Source: an uncultured Parachlamydiaceae bacterium (GTDB taxonomy: Bacteria > Chlamydiota > Chlamydiia > Chlamydiales > Parachlamydiaceae). Taken from it: 64,000 nt of DNA. Of this stretch, positions 31,501 through 41,491 are shown piece by piece (positions within the stretch are counted from its first letter, which is position 1; the number at the start of each line of letters is the position of its first letter). The notes under the pieces are model-generated. The model was not told the origin of the DNA. It ran no database searches and saw nothing but the letters and a program-made list of their open reading frames with translations. The stretch is from assembly GCA_963752155.1 (NCBI GenBank), contig CAVVXH010000015.1, forward strand, positions 96,001 to 160,000, in the 5' to 3' direction. Position numbers and translations under genes: made by a program.

Positions 31501-31918
31501 CGTGGTTAAGCGATCGAAAGTGACCCAATAGCCAAAAGGAAAAGCAAATGATCTCTTCAGACCAAAGAAAAGAAGAATCTAAAAATCAAGTTCCCCCGTT
31601 CCTTTTTGTACTTAAAGAAGGGCCAGAATTTGAGAAAAATTTACTCGATTATTCTCTATGCATGATGCAAATCAAACCGGAGAGCTTTAAAAATTCAAAT
31701 CAGAAAATAATCGTCTCTTCTCGAAATAAATATGACAGTCAAGTTGGCTAAAACTTGACTCCACACTGCTGAAAAAAAATGCAAAAGTACATATCTCTCT
31801 TGCATAATTCAATATGAATCATCTAAAATGATGACTTCAAGCATTCGTCATCCCTTCAAGGCTGACTCATACAATGCAGCCCAAGAAAATGAACTTTAAA
31901 TTTAAGGAGAATCATCAG

Positions 31919-33514
31919 ATGGCAAATTCTACAGCAAAGGAAATCATTTTTGAAGAAAAAGCACGCGAGCTTTTGCTTCTCGGAATAAAAAAACTCGCAG
32001 ATTCACTTGCATTTACTTTAGGACCCAAAGGTCGAAATGTTGCTCTAGAAAAAGGCTGGGGAGCTCCGACAATCACAAATGATGGTAGAAGCATCGTCAA
32101 AGACATTTCTCTTCAAGACCAATACGAAAATATGGGCGTTTCGATGGGAAAGGAAGTTGTTGAAAAGATGAAAGAAAAGTGTGGCGATGGGACTACCACA
32201 GTGGTACTTCTGTTACGCGCGTTGGTTGAAAGTGGAGTTAAATTTATTACTGCCGGTGCAAGCCCTATTACCGTCAAGCGCGGCATCGACAAGGCTGTAG
32301 ATGCTGTTGTTAAGGAAATTGAACGAACTGCCATTCCCATTAAAAATCGTAATGAAACATGCAATATAGCGACTGTCTCAGCCTCAGGCAACACTGAAAT
32401 TGGGAAATGGATTAGCGATGCCATGGAAAAAGTAGGCAAGGGTGGTGTGATTACTATTGAAGAGGCCAAAGGAACTGAAACAACGATTGAAATTGTAGAA
32501 GGAATGCAATTTGATCGCGGCTATATTAGCCCTTACTTCTGCACAAATACTGATAAAATGACCGCAGAGATGAGTCATCCTAAAATCCTTATTCTCGATA
32601 GCAAAGTCTCTACCATTCATGAAATCTTACCTATTCTTCAAAATATTGCAACAACTGGCAGTGAACTTCTCATCATCGCTGATGATATCGAAGGAGACAC
32701 GCTTTCAACACTCGTCATCAACCGAATTCGTGGTTCCCTAAAAGTGGTCGCAGTTAAGTCTCCCGGATTTGGTGATCGCAAAAAAGCCATGTTACAAGAT
32801 ATCGCTATCCTTACAGGGGCAACTGTTATTTCAGAAGAAACGGGGAATACTCTCAAAGATATTCAACCCGAAGCACTTGGCTCTGCGGACAAAGTCATCA
32901 TCACAAAAGAAAACACTTTAATCATTAATGGACACGGCAACCCAAAAAATATTGAAAATCGTAGCAAGCAAATCGAAAAAGAGATTGAACTTTCTGCTAA
33001 TCAATATGACAAGGAAAAGCTTGAAGAACGTAAAGCGAAGCTTAGCGGAGGAGTCGCTGTCATTCGTGTCGGTGCGGCCACTGAACCTGAATTAAAACAA
33101 AAGAAGCAAGTTTTTGAAGATAGTCTTAGTTCGACCAAAGCTGCTTTAGAAGAGGGTATCGTTGCTGGCGGTGGCGTCGCTTTATTAAAAGCTAGCCAAG
33201 TGATTGATAAGCTTAATCTTCAAGAGGATGAAGCCATCGGGGGTAAGATTGTTAAACAAGCTTGTGAGGCTCCATTAAAGCAGATAGCAACAAATACAGG
33301 CTTTGACGGTCCTGTGACATTGAAAGAAGTCCAGCAGGCTCCTGCAGACTTCGGATTTAATGCTCTGAGTGAAAAAGTTGAAAATCTTGTTGAAGCTGGG
33401 GTCATCGACCCTGCAAAAGTCATTAAAAATGCACTCACTTATGCAGCTTCTGTTGCGGGAATTATTCTTATCACAGAAGCACTGATCGGGGATGCTCCAG
33501 AAAAAGAAGAGTAA
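31919..33514 (+). CDS. groEL: chaperonin GroEL paralogue
   Basis: TLGPKGRNV, GDGTTT, GMQFDRGYISPYF, PGFGDR; AAGGAG RBS; no GGM tail and no adjacent groES. Confidence 0.95.
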   Translation: MANSTAKEIIFEEKARELLLLGIKKLADSLAFTLGPKGRNVALEKGWGAPTITNDGRSIVKDISLQDQYENMGVSMGKEVVEKMKEKCGDGTTTVVLLLRALVESGVKFITAGASPITVKRGIDKAVDAVVKEIERTAIPIKNRNETCNIATVSASGNTEIGKWISDAMEKVGKGGVITIEEAKGTETTIEIVEGMQFDRGYISPYFCTNTDKMTAEMSHPKILILDSKVSTIHEILPILQNIATTGSELLIIADDIEGDTLSTLVINRIRGSLKVVAVKSPGFGDRKKAMLQDIAILTGATVISEETGNTLKDIQPEALGSADKVIITKENTLIINGHGNPKNIENRSKQIEKEIELSANQYDKEKLEERKAKLSGGVAVIRVGAATEPELKQKKQVFEDSLSSTKAALEEGIVAGGGVALLKASQVIDKLNLQEDEAIGGKIVKQACEAPLKQIATNTGFDGPVTLKEVQQAPADFGFNALSEKVENLVEAGVIDPAKVIKNALTYAASVAGIILITEALIGDAPEKEE

Positions 33515-33526
33515 TCTTCAAGCATC

Positions 33527-33900
33527 TTCTGACATTTTGCCCTTCTCGTTTAGGGTCTGTAAAACTTGTGCGATTGAGCAAAGCGAAAGCCCAATCGCAC
33601 AAGTTATTGTTCTACAGAAATAAATGTCAGAATAGGAGAGAAACAAATCCTAAACCTCTTTGTGAAATCGTAACAACTAAAATGATTGCAGATTGTAGCT
33701 CATCATTCGTATGTTGAGTGTAGCCACGTAGCCTCCAAGTAGTTTAAACCACTACGTGAAATCGTAACAACTAAAAAGATTGTACAAAACAGTGGTTTAA
33801 ACTACTTGGAGGCTACGTGGCTACATTCAACATCGGGATGAATCAATACGGTCGATGAAAGGGCTCTTAGGGACCGTGCAAGTTATTGTTGCACAGTCCC
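33527..33900. repeat. composite repeat block: E arms enclosing an F-like hairpin, then a G hairpin, then a short F element
   Basis: TTCTGACATTT...AAATGTCAGAA around AACTTGTGCGATTG..CAATCGCACAAGTT; G at 33694..33842; F at 33870..33900. Confidence 0.85.
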
Positions 33901-33970
33901 TCAGCTTAACCTCTGTCCAGATCGTAGATTAAATTCGAGATTCAATGATGATGTTGAAGGTTAGCATCAC

Positions 33971-34564
33971 TCAAAATATATAACCTTCAGGATCGATGTC
34001 CATTGATCTATCGTCAAATGAAGTGTGGTTTCTGATTTCTGACTTAAATCCATTTAAAGGATAAGTAGAAATAAACTTTTGTAAGTCAGATCTTAAAATC
34101 CAATTTTCATCATCATAGTCAGATCTATTTAATTCATGGGATAAACAAAATGTAAATTCAAGTTTAAAATGTTCCTGAGTCATTCCAATGAGCTTGTTTA
34201 AGCTGACGTGAATAAATTTTTCACTTAATTCGACTGGGGTATAACTCCAATCATCACCTAAAGGAGCACAGCGGAAAACATATTGCCCAGTATGTTCTGC
34301 AGTTAATTTGTATCCAATCCCCAAAATTCCTATGCTCGTTTCCCTATCTGATTTTAGCACTAGAATATTATTAAATTTATTTTCATTCGTTTTATATCTT
34401 GGCATTTCATGAATTATAGCGTTCCATAATAAACAAACACGACTCAAAGTCACAATCGAAGCAAAATCAGATTTTTCATTCTTTTCATATATATATTCAA
34501 AAAGGGGTTCTATCACTCCTGTTGGAATTGTATTAATATTATTTAATGAATTCAAGTTATTCAT
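33971..34564 (-). CDS. F-box-like protein, tandem paralogue 1
   Basis: IPTGVIEPLFEYI...IVTLSRVCLLWNAII; GGAG RBS. Confidence 0.7.
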   Translation of the reverse strand: MNNLNSLNNINTIPTGVIEPLFEYIYEKNEKSDFASIVTLSRVCLLWNAIIHEMPRYKTNENKFNNILVLKSDRETSIGILGIGYKLTAEHTGQYVFRCAPLGDDWSYTPVELSEKFIHVSLNKLIGMTQEHFKLEFTFCLSHELNRSDYDDENWILRSDLQKFISTYPLNGFKSEIRNHTSFDDRSMDIDPEGYIF

Positions 34565-34709
34565 AGACTCTCCTTTTCATAAAAAACATAAAGACATTAT
34601 CCTAGATATTTCATTTTCGTGCAATTAAAAAACAGGCAAATTCCATAAGGGAGGCTCCAGACCTAACATTCTGACATTTACCCTTCGGATCCAATTATTC
34701 TTCGCCTAT

Positions 34710-35303
34710 TTATGTATCATCAAATCTAATTAATCTAAATTCTGACTTAAATCTATTAAAAGGATAAGTAGAAATAAACTTTTGTAAGTCAGAGCTTAAA
34801 ATCCAATTTTTATCATCATAGTCAGATCTATTTAATTCTCGGGATGAACACAATGGAAATTCTAAATAAAAATGTTCCTTAGTTATCCGAATGAGTTTGT
34901 TTTTGGAGTTTCCATCTGGGGTATAACTCCAATCATTACCTAAGGGAGCACAGCGGAAAACATGTTGCCCAATATGTTCTGCGGTTAATTTGTATCCAAT
35001 CCCCAAAATTCCTATGCTACATCCCTTATCCGATTTTAACACTCGAATATTATTAAATTTTACATTCGTTTTATATCTCGGCATATTTTGAATTTTAATT
35101 TTCCATAATGAACATACTCGTTCCAAAATCATAATCGAAGTAAAATCAAATTTTTCATTCTTTTCATATATATATTCCAAAAGAGGTTCTATCACTCCTG
35201 TTGGAATTGTAATAACATTCTTTTCATATTTATATGGCAAAAAAAGTGTCACCACTCCTGTTGGAATTATAATAACATTATTTAATGAGTTCAGGTTATT
35301 CAT
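34710..35303 (-). CDS. F-box-like protein, tandem paralogue 2
   Basis: Diverged copy with a duplicated 20-aa N-terminal segment. Confidence 0.7.
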   Translation of the reverse strand: MNNLNSLNNVIIIPTGVVTLFLPYKYEKNVITIPTGVIEPLLEYIYEKNEKFDFTSIMILERVCSLWKIKIQNMPRYKTNVKFNNIRVLKSDKGCSIGILGIGYKLTAEHIGQHVFRCAPLGNDWSYTPDGNSKNKLIRITKEHFYLEFPLCSSRELNRSDYDDKNWILSSDLQKFISTYPFNRFKSEFRLIRFDDT

Positions 35304-35404
35304 AGACTCTTCTTTTCATAAAAAACATAATGTCATTATCCTAGATGTTTCATTTTTGTGCAATTAAAAAACAAGCAAATTCCATTATGATCGGAATGAT
35401 GAAC

Positions 35405-36145
35405 TCAGAGGACATGAACTCGAGGAATTTGATTGAAACCAGAAATGAAAATTAATTGCAAATTCGAGAAAATTTCAAATTTTTGATATTCCCTCGGCAA
35501 TCTAATTTTTCTTTTAGAAATTAATAAATGATCAGGCTTTCGTCTGTTCATGAAATTAATCAACCGATAGGGGGTTCCAGGGTAGATTGTTTCAGTCTGG
35601 GAAGTGTGGTTTCTGATTTCTGACTTAAATCCATTTAAAGGATAAGTAGAAATAAACTTTTGTAAGTCAGAGCTTGAAATCCAATTTTCGTCATCATAGT
35701 CAGATCTATTTAATTCATGGGATAAACAAAATGTAAATTCAAGTTTAAAATGTTCCTGAGTCATTCCAATGAGCTTGTTTAAGCTGACGTGAATAAATTT
35801 TTCACTTAATTCGACTGGGGTATAACTCCAATCATCACCTAAAGGAGCACAGCGGAAAACATATTGCCCAATATGTTCTGCAGTTAATTTGTATCCAATC
35901 CCCAAAATTCCTCTGCTCGTTTCACTATCTGATTTTAGCACTAGAATATTATTAAATTTATTCTCATTCGTTTTATAGCTTGGTATTTCATGAATTATAG
36001 CGTTCCATAATAAACAGACACGACTCAAAGTCACAATCGAAGTAAAATCAGATTTTTCATTCTTTTCATATATATATTCAAAAAGGGGTTCTATCACTCC
36101 TGTTGGAATTGTATTAATATTATTTAATGAGTTCAAGTTATTCAT
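35405..36145 (-). CDS. F-box-like protein, tandem paralogue 3
   Basis: Nearly identical to paralogue 1 up to IRNHTS, then an unrelated C-terminus. Confidence 0.7.
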   Translation of the reverse strand: MNNLNSLNNINTIPTGVIEPLFEYIYEKNEKSDFTSIVTLSRVCLLWNAIIHEIPSYKTNENKFNNILVLKSDSETSRGILGIGYKLTAEHIGQYVFRCAPLGDDWSYTPVELSEKFIHVSLNKLIGMTQEHFKLEFTFCLSHELNRSDYDDENWISSSDLQKFISTYPLNGFKSEIRNHTSQTETIYPGTPYRLINFMNRRKPDHLLISKRKIRLPREYQKFEIFSNLQLIFISGFNQIPRVHVL

Positions 36146-36236
36146 AGACTCTCCTTTTCATAAAAAACATAAAGACATTATCCTAGATATTTCATTTTCG
36201 TGCAATTAAAAAACAGGCAAATTCCATAAGGGAGGC

Positions 36237-36330
36237 TCCAGACCTAACATTCTTACATTTGCACTTCTGAGAGGTCGTGTTATCGTTTAAGCAAATGTCA
36301 GAATATCAGGTCTGGCACGAATGGCAAGGC
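36237..36330. repeat. family E hairpin
   Basis: CCAGACCTAACATTCTTACATTTGC...GCAAATGTCAGAATATCAGGTCTGG. Confidence 0.85.
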
Positions 36331-36367
36331 ATAAAAAAAAGATTGAGTCAAAAGCATGATCGGAATG

Positions 36368-36959
36368 CATACGCATCAGGATAAGGATAAGGAATAAGAA
36401 AATTGAAATTTTATTTCCTTATCCTGAATCTTGATACGTATGCATTCCGAGTATACAGCTTGACACGTTCTGTTGCTACTTTGGATCAACGGTAAAAACG
36501 ATAAGAACGATAGAAACGATAGAAACGATAGAAACGATAAGAACGATAAAAACGATAAGAACGATAAGAACGATAGAAACGATAAGAACAATAAAAAACT
36601 ATAAAAACGATGGAAGAAGTCTGGTTGTAGGAAAAACGGTAATCGTGGAATTAAAATGTTGTAAAAGTTTGGTTCGCGAACATGAGACGCAATTATTCAA
36701 CTATTTAAAAGTTTCTCAACTTTAAATCGGTTTGTTAGTAAATTTCCGGCATAGGAAATTACTGCAAAGCAATGAGGACTCGACTAATCTCTAGAAATCT
36801 GGGACGTACTGAGTATCCCACACATTTTTATCGTTCTTATCGTTTTTATCGTTCTTATCGTTCTATCGTTTGCATCGTTGATTACGTCTACATAAAAAAC
36901 ATATCCCGACAACATCGTGAATGCGTGTTAATGTTAATTTCCTTATCCTGATGCGTATG
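36368..36959. mobile_element. 592-bp non-autonomous element (family H) with perfect 20-bp TIRs and a 10-bp TSD, carrying a family B fold-back (36455..36894)
   Basis: CATACGCATCAGGATAAGGA / TCCTTATCCTGATGCGTATG; GATCGGAATG at 36358..36367 and 36960..36969. Confidence 0.8.
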
Positions 36960-37101
36960 GATCGGAATGATGAGCCACAATCTGCGCAAAATTTTTAGTT
37001 ATTACGATGTCCCAGCGACATTGCGCCTCTGAAGCGATTTTGGCTCAAAAGATTGCGTCAATTTATCGTCTTTAACTGCCGTTTCTAGGTTTAACCTATC
37101 T

Positions 37102-37608
37102 TCAATCAACGCTTGACCACATAGGCCCCTGCTTAGAAGTCGAGTGATCATCAGGATGATTCACCCCAACAACCGTTCCACTTTTAATCTGTTCATAAGG
37201 TTCATAACTCTGTCCAAACAACATCCCCATATGAAAGCCAATCGCTGAAGGCAAAATATAAGGTGCAGCAGAAAAAAGAGCACAACAAAAAATGCCACCT
37301 GAAATAATCTGAAATTCTAGACTATAATTATAAATAAGCTCTAGAAATTCATTTTCAACTTTAGTGACTTTCTTATTAAAAAAGGCTCCTGCTAGAGCTG
37401 AGCCCGCTGTTAAAATTGGCGAATAATACAATGAACTAAGAATAATTAAAGCAACGGAAATAGTTTTATAATGAGCTGTAAAAAAATCTTTTGGATTACG
37501 TTTTACCTCACAAAATACTTTCCTAACTTCTGAAGCTATAGGGTTATTAAAAACTCGTTCTTTAAAAGGAATAGCCATTGGAAGGGCTGATGCACCTGAA
37601 TAAGCCAT
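37102..37608 (-). CDS. hypothetical membrane protein (Inc-like hydrophobic hairpins)
   Basis: Two long hydrophobic segments; GGAG RBS. Confidence 0.6.
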   Translation of the reverse strand: MAYSGASALPMAIPFKERVFNNPIASEVRKVFCEVKRNPKDFFTAHYKTISVALIILSSLYYSPILTAGSALAGAFFNKKVTKVENEFLELIYNYSLEFQIISGGIFCCALFSAAPYILPSAIGFHMGMLFGQSYEPYEQIKSGTVVGVNHPDDHSTSKQGPMWSSVD

Positions 37609-37637
37609 AAATTATCTCCATTTTTACGTTATATATA

Positions 37638-37669
37638 TTTTTTCACCAATTATTTATTTGGTGAAAAAA
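37638..37669. terminator. possible intrinsic terminator hairpin
   Basis: TTTTTTCACCA-10 nt-TGGTGAAAAAA just after the stop of 37678..38082. Confidence 0.4.
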
Positions 37670-37677
37670 TAACAAGA

Positions 37678-38082
37678 TTAAGCGCGCAAGTTAGCCACAA
37701 GAACACCTGTTAAACCACCTATAACAATGGCTGATATGCTCGCCACAGCTTTAAATGAAAGCTTCTTGGAAAGGATCAAAAATGCAACGGTACTTACCCC
37801 TAGAAATAGAACTCCAGGATGATCACTAAGTAGATCAACAGCTTTGCCTGATAGCAAAGTGACTTTGTCCTTGAAAAAAAAGCCTAGTCCGCTTGAAATA
37901 GCAGTTTGCCAAGGACAGGTCACAAGAGATGTAAAAAAAGCCGCACCAACCAACAACGTTGTCTGTGTTTCAGTACCATTTTTATTAAAATCTTGAAACA
38001 CATTTACAGCCTTAGATGTGACTGTGTCATAGAACGAACTCAACTGAGCTCTTGCTGCAGATAAATCAAAAATAGACGACAT
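37678..38082 (-). CDS. hypothetical membrane protein (Inc-like)
   Basis: Two hydrophobic hairpins; GGAG RBS. Confidence 0.6.
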   Translation of the reverse strand: MSSIFDLSAARAQLSSFYDTVTSKAVNVFQDFNKNGTETQTTLLVGAAFFTSLVTCPWQTAISSGLGFFFKDKVTLLSGKAVDLLSDHPGVLFLGVSTVAFLILSKKLSFKAVASISAIVIGGLTGVLVANLRA

Positions 38083-38115
38083 AATACTTCTCCAATGTTA
38101 AAAAAATTATCACCC

Positions 38116-39582
38116 TTAGCTACCAATTTTTTGGTGCAAAAGAGCGTTGACTACTTGTGGGGCAGCCTTCCCGCGTGATAGCTTCATCACTTGGCCTACC
38201 AAGAAAGCAAACGCCTTCTCGCGACCCACACGATAATCAGCAATGGACTGAGGATTTTCAGCCAGAACCTTATCGACTAACAATTCAATTTCTGCCTGAT
38301 CATGTACTGGATTATAATCAGGATTTTCAGCAATAATAGATTCTGGTTCTCGAGATGGCTGCAAAACCATATCGTCAGCAACAGCTTTAGCAATTCTACC
38401 GGTAATCGTTCCTTTTTCAATCAGTTCAACAAGAATGCCTATATGCTTTGCAGGAATACCAGAATTTACAATATTTTTACCAGAATTTTTTAACCGACCT
38501 GAAAATTCGACAATTAACCAGTTACATAAGTTTCGAGCGTTACTACAATGTTTTAAAGCCAATTCAAAATAATCGGCTAACGCTTTTTCGCTTGTAATAA
38601 CAAATGCACTGTGAGTCGAAAGACCAAGCTCAGCTATGTAACGTCGTTCTCGTTGCAATGGCAGCTCGGGCAGAGCTTGACAAATTTCTTTAATGTATTG
38701 TTCAGTCAAAATAATCGGCACAAGATCCGGCTCTGGAAAATAACGATAATCTTCTGCATCTTCCTTGCTCCGCATAACGACAACTTCTTTTTTTTCAGGA
38801 TCCCAACGGCAAGTCGTCTGTTTTATGACTTGACTGAAAGGAAGATCAGGATTTTGCGTATATTCTTTGATTTGCCTTTTGATTTCGGATTCTAAAGCCA
38901 TTTCCATAAAACTGAATGAATTCATGTTCTTTATTTCGATCCGATTGCGAAATCCCTTTTCCCCATGCTTCCGGACAGACACGTTAACATCCATTCGAAA
39001 AGACCCTTCTTCCATATTACAATCTGAAGCATCGATATATTCTAAAATTGCTTTGACAGCCATAGCATAAGCAACAGCTTCTTTAGGTGAGTGGATGCAA
39101 GGCTCTGAAACAATTTCAATCAAGGGAACTCCAGCGCGATTATAATCGACTCCAGCAAAATTAGAAAAATGCTTAAGCATTCCTGCATCGTCTTCTAAGT
39201 GGACGCGAGTCACCTCAAAACTGTGCTCATTGCCATCGACTTCAGCAATCACTTTGCCACCGAGAATAATCGGCTCCTCATACTGTGTAATCTGAAAGTT
39301 ACGCGGACTGTCAGGATAAAAATAGGATTTGCGATCAAATTTACTAAATTTAGCTATATTTCCCTCAATTGCACAACCGAATTGCACAGCTTTTCGCACA
39401 GCTTCACGATTCAAGACCGGCAAAGAACCTGGCATTCCTGTGCAAACTTCAGTAATATTTACATTAGGTTCATCTCCAAAACGATTGGGAGCAACGCTAA
39501 ATAATTTAGATCGTGTATTGAGTTCAGCATGGATCTCTAAGCCTATAATCGTTTGCCATGTTTGAGAAGATTGATTTGTCAT
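38116..39582 (-). CDS. gatB: Asp/Glu-tRNA amidotransferase subunit B
   Basis: IGLEIHAEL, FDRKSYFYPD, DYNRAGVPLIEIVSEP, YRYFPEPDL. Confidence 0.99.
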   Translation of the reverse strand: MTNQSSQTWQTIIGLEIHAELNTRSKLFSVAPNRFGDEPNVNITEVCTGMPGSLPVLNREAVRKAVQFGCAIEGNIAKFSKFDRKSYFYPDSPRNFQITQYEEPIILGGKVIAEVDGNEHSFEVTRVHLEDDAGMLKHFSNFAGVDYNRAGVPLIEIVSEPCIHSPKEAVAYAMAVKAILEYIDASDCNMEEGSFRMDVNVSVRKHGEKGFRNRIEIKNMNSFSFMEMALESEIKRQIKEYTQNPDLPFSQVIKQTTCRWDPEKKEVVVMRSKEDAEDYRYFPEPDLVPIILTEQYIKEICQALPELPLQRERRYIAELGLSTHSAFVITSEKALADYFELALKHCSNARNLCNWLIVEFSGRLKNSGKNIVNSGIPAKHIGILVELIEKGTITGRIAKAVADDMVLQPSREPESIIAENPDYNPVHDQAEIELLVDKVLAENPQSIADYRVGREKAFAFLVGQVMKLSRGKAAPQVVNALLHQKIGS

Positions 39583-41063
39583 AGAGGTTCTCCTAGAGAT
39601 TTTTTTACAAGATCGGGGATTCTTAATTCATCTTTCGTGGCTTGTTCTAAAGCATGGGCTGCATGAAATACTGCGACGTCATGTTTTTGAGGACCAATCA
39701 ACTGAAATCCAATCGGTTTGCCTTGCGTCGAATACCCTTGGGGAATGCTAATAGCAGGCAAGCCTGCCAAATTGATCCCGATTGTATAGACATCTGCTAG
39801 ATACATTTGCAAAGGATCTTTGATCTCTCCAATTTCAAACGCTGGGATCGGTGACACAGGTGTAGCAATTAAATTGCATTGCGTAAAAGCCTTTTTGTAC
39901 TGGTTAATAACCAATCTACGCATCTTTTGCGCCTTCCGATAATAAGCGTCTTGATATCCCGACGAAAGTACAAAAGTGCCGAGAAGAATGCGACGCTTTA
40001 CCTCTGGCCCAAAACCTTCTTCCTTAGTAAAATCATAAATTTCATCTAATGTTTTAGCGGCCTTAGACCGATATCCATATCGAATTCCATCAAAGCGAGC
40101 CAAATTAGTGGACGCCTCAGCTGTAGCTAAAATATAATAAATGGCAATCGAATATTTCAAGAGACTTAAATCAACATCGACAATCTCAGCACCTAAGGCC
40201 TTGAAATCGGAAAGAGATTTGTCAAAATGTTTACGAGCTTCAGGGTTGAGATCCTCAAGGAATTGATAAGGTACTCCAATTTTTAACCCATTTACTTTTC
40301 CATCTAACGTATTCAAGTAATTCTCTTGAGCTATGGGAAGGCTCGTTGAATCTAAGTCACATCTTTTCCCTATGACCTCCATCAACAACGCCGCATCTTC
40401 TGTACATGTTGCGAGAGGGCCAATCTGATCTAATGAAGAAGCATACGCAACTAATCCATAACGTGAAACACGTCCATAGGTAGGTTTAAAACCTGTAATC
40501 CCACAAAAAGAAGCAGGTTGTCGAATGGATCCTCCTGTATCACTTCCAAGGGCCAAAGGAACTAATCGTGCCGCCACTGCCGCCGCAGAGCCTCCTGAAG
40601 AGCCTCCTGGAGTGCACTTTAGATTCCAGGGGTTTCGAGTCAATTGAATAGCTGAATTTTCAGTCGAGGACCCCATAGCAAATTCATCCATGTTTGTTTT
40701 GCCAATCAGAAGAGCATCTTCTTCTTCTAATAGACGCACAACAGTGGAATCAAATGGAGCCCGAAACCCTGTAAGGATTTTTGAAGAACATTGAGTGAAT
40801 TCACCTTTAACATGGATATTATCTTTAATGGCTATTGGAATAGCAGCCAATCTCCCTAACTTTTGTCCTGAAGCCCGCTTTTTATCTAGCTGATCCGCTT
40901 GAGCATAGACGCGATCATTCCAAACTGCCACAAAGGCCTCTATTTGAGAATCATATTTTTGAATTCGATCCAAGAAGTAAGAAGCGATCTCTCGGGCAGA
41001 GAGTTCTCCATTGATAAACTTTTCGCGAATTTGAATGGCAGTAAGAGTGTGAAGAGAATGCAT
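39579..41063 (-). CDS. gatA: Asp/Glu-tRNA amidotransferase subunit A
   Basis: GGSSGGSAAAV, GSDTGGSIRQPA. Confidence 0.99.
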   Translation of the reverse strand: MHSLHTLTAIQIREKFINGELSAREIASYFLDRIQKYDSQIEAFVAVWNDRVYAQADQLDKKRASGQKLGRLAAIPIAIKDNIHVKGEFTQCSSKILTGFRAPFDSTVVRLLEEEDALLIGKTNMDEFAMGSSTENSAIQLTRNPWNLKCTPGGSSGGSAAAVAARLVPLALGSDTGGSIRQPASFCGITGFKPTYGRVSRYGLVAYASSLDQIGPLATCTEDAALLMEVIGKRCDLDSTSLPIAQENYLNTLDGKVNGLKIGVPYQFLEDLNPEARKHFDKSLSDFKALGAEIVDVDLSLLKYSIAIYYILATAEASTNLARFDGIRYGYRSKAAKTLDEIYDFTKEEGFGPEVKRRILLGTFVLSSGYQDAYYRKAQKMRRLVINQYKKAFTQCNLIATPVSPIPAFEIGEIKDPLQMYLADVYTIGINLAGLPAISIPQGYSTQGKPIGFQLIGPQKHDVAVFHAAHALEQATKDELRIPDLVKKSLGEPL

Positions 41064-41072
41064 AAACTGACC

Positions 41073-41378
41073 CTAGTTAGCAGATTTTATTACCGAAGGC
41101 ACACGAATCATTCCACCGATCTTATCCGGAGCATTTGCCAAGAAGATCTCTCTTGGAAGCACCTCTCCGACAACATCCTCTCGCTCAACATTGCACATCT
41201 CTTCGAGAACATGATTGCAAGGCTTCACATTTTCTGTGTCCACGGCGTTCATCAATTCAACATAGCTTAAAATGCTCTGTAAATCGGCCAATAATTTAAT
41301 TTCTTCTTCTTCAGTACACTGAATTCTACTGAGCTTTGTTAATTTTTTTACTGTTTCTCGATCTACTAAAGTTGACAT
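41073..41378 (-). CDS. gatC: Asp/Glu-tRNA amidotransferase subunit C
   Basis: TVKKLTKLSRI...REDVV...LANAP....IRVPSVI; start at MSTLVD. Confidence 0.93.
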   Translation of the reverse strand: MSTLVDRETVKKLTKLSRIQCTEEEEIKLLADLQSILSYVELMNAVDTENVKPCNHVLEEMCNVEREDVVGEVLPREIFLANAPDKIGGMIRVPSVIKSAN

Positions 41379-41491
41379 AAATGGTGAGTTCTCCTCAATG
41401 CGTTGTAGGACTTTTTGGTCGATTTTATATGAAATGGAAATCAATTGCAATTGAAAAATTCTTGCGAAGCTTAGAAGCTTAGTGAGAAAGA

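Noticed and set aside
31548..31751. 67-aa ORF upstream of groEL
   Set aside because: Short with no motif; cannot be supported as a gene
31750..31918. CIRCE element or groES upstream of groEL
   Set aside because: No TTAGCACTC-N9-GAGTGCTAA match and no GroES-like ORF; orphan groEL paralogues are normal in chlamydiae
33971..36330. Integron cassette array
   Set aside because: No integrase; the genes carry their own promoter-like regions; I could not find attC-type RYYYAAC/GTTRRRY boundaries
36376..36591. ORFs of repeated SFL, YRF or VLA (also 22928..23161 and 13374..13556)
   Set aside because: Translations of 9-bp tandem repeats, which stay open by construction
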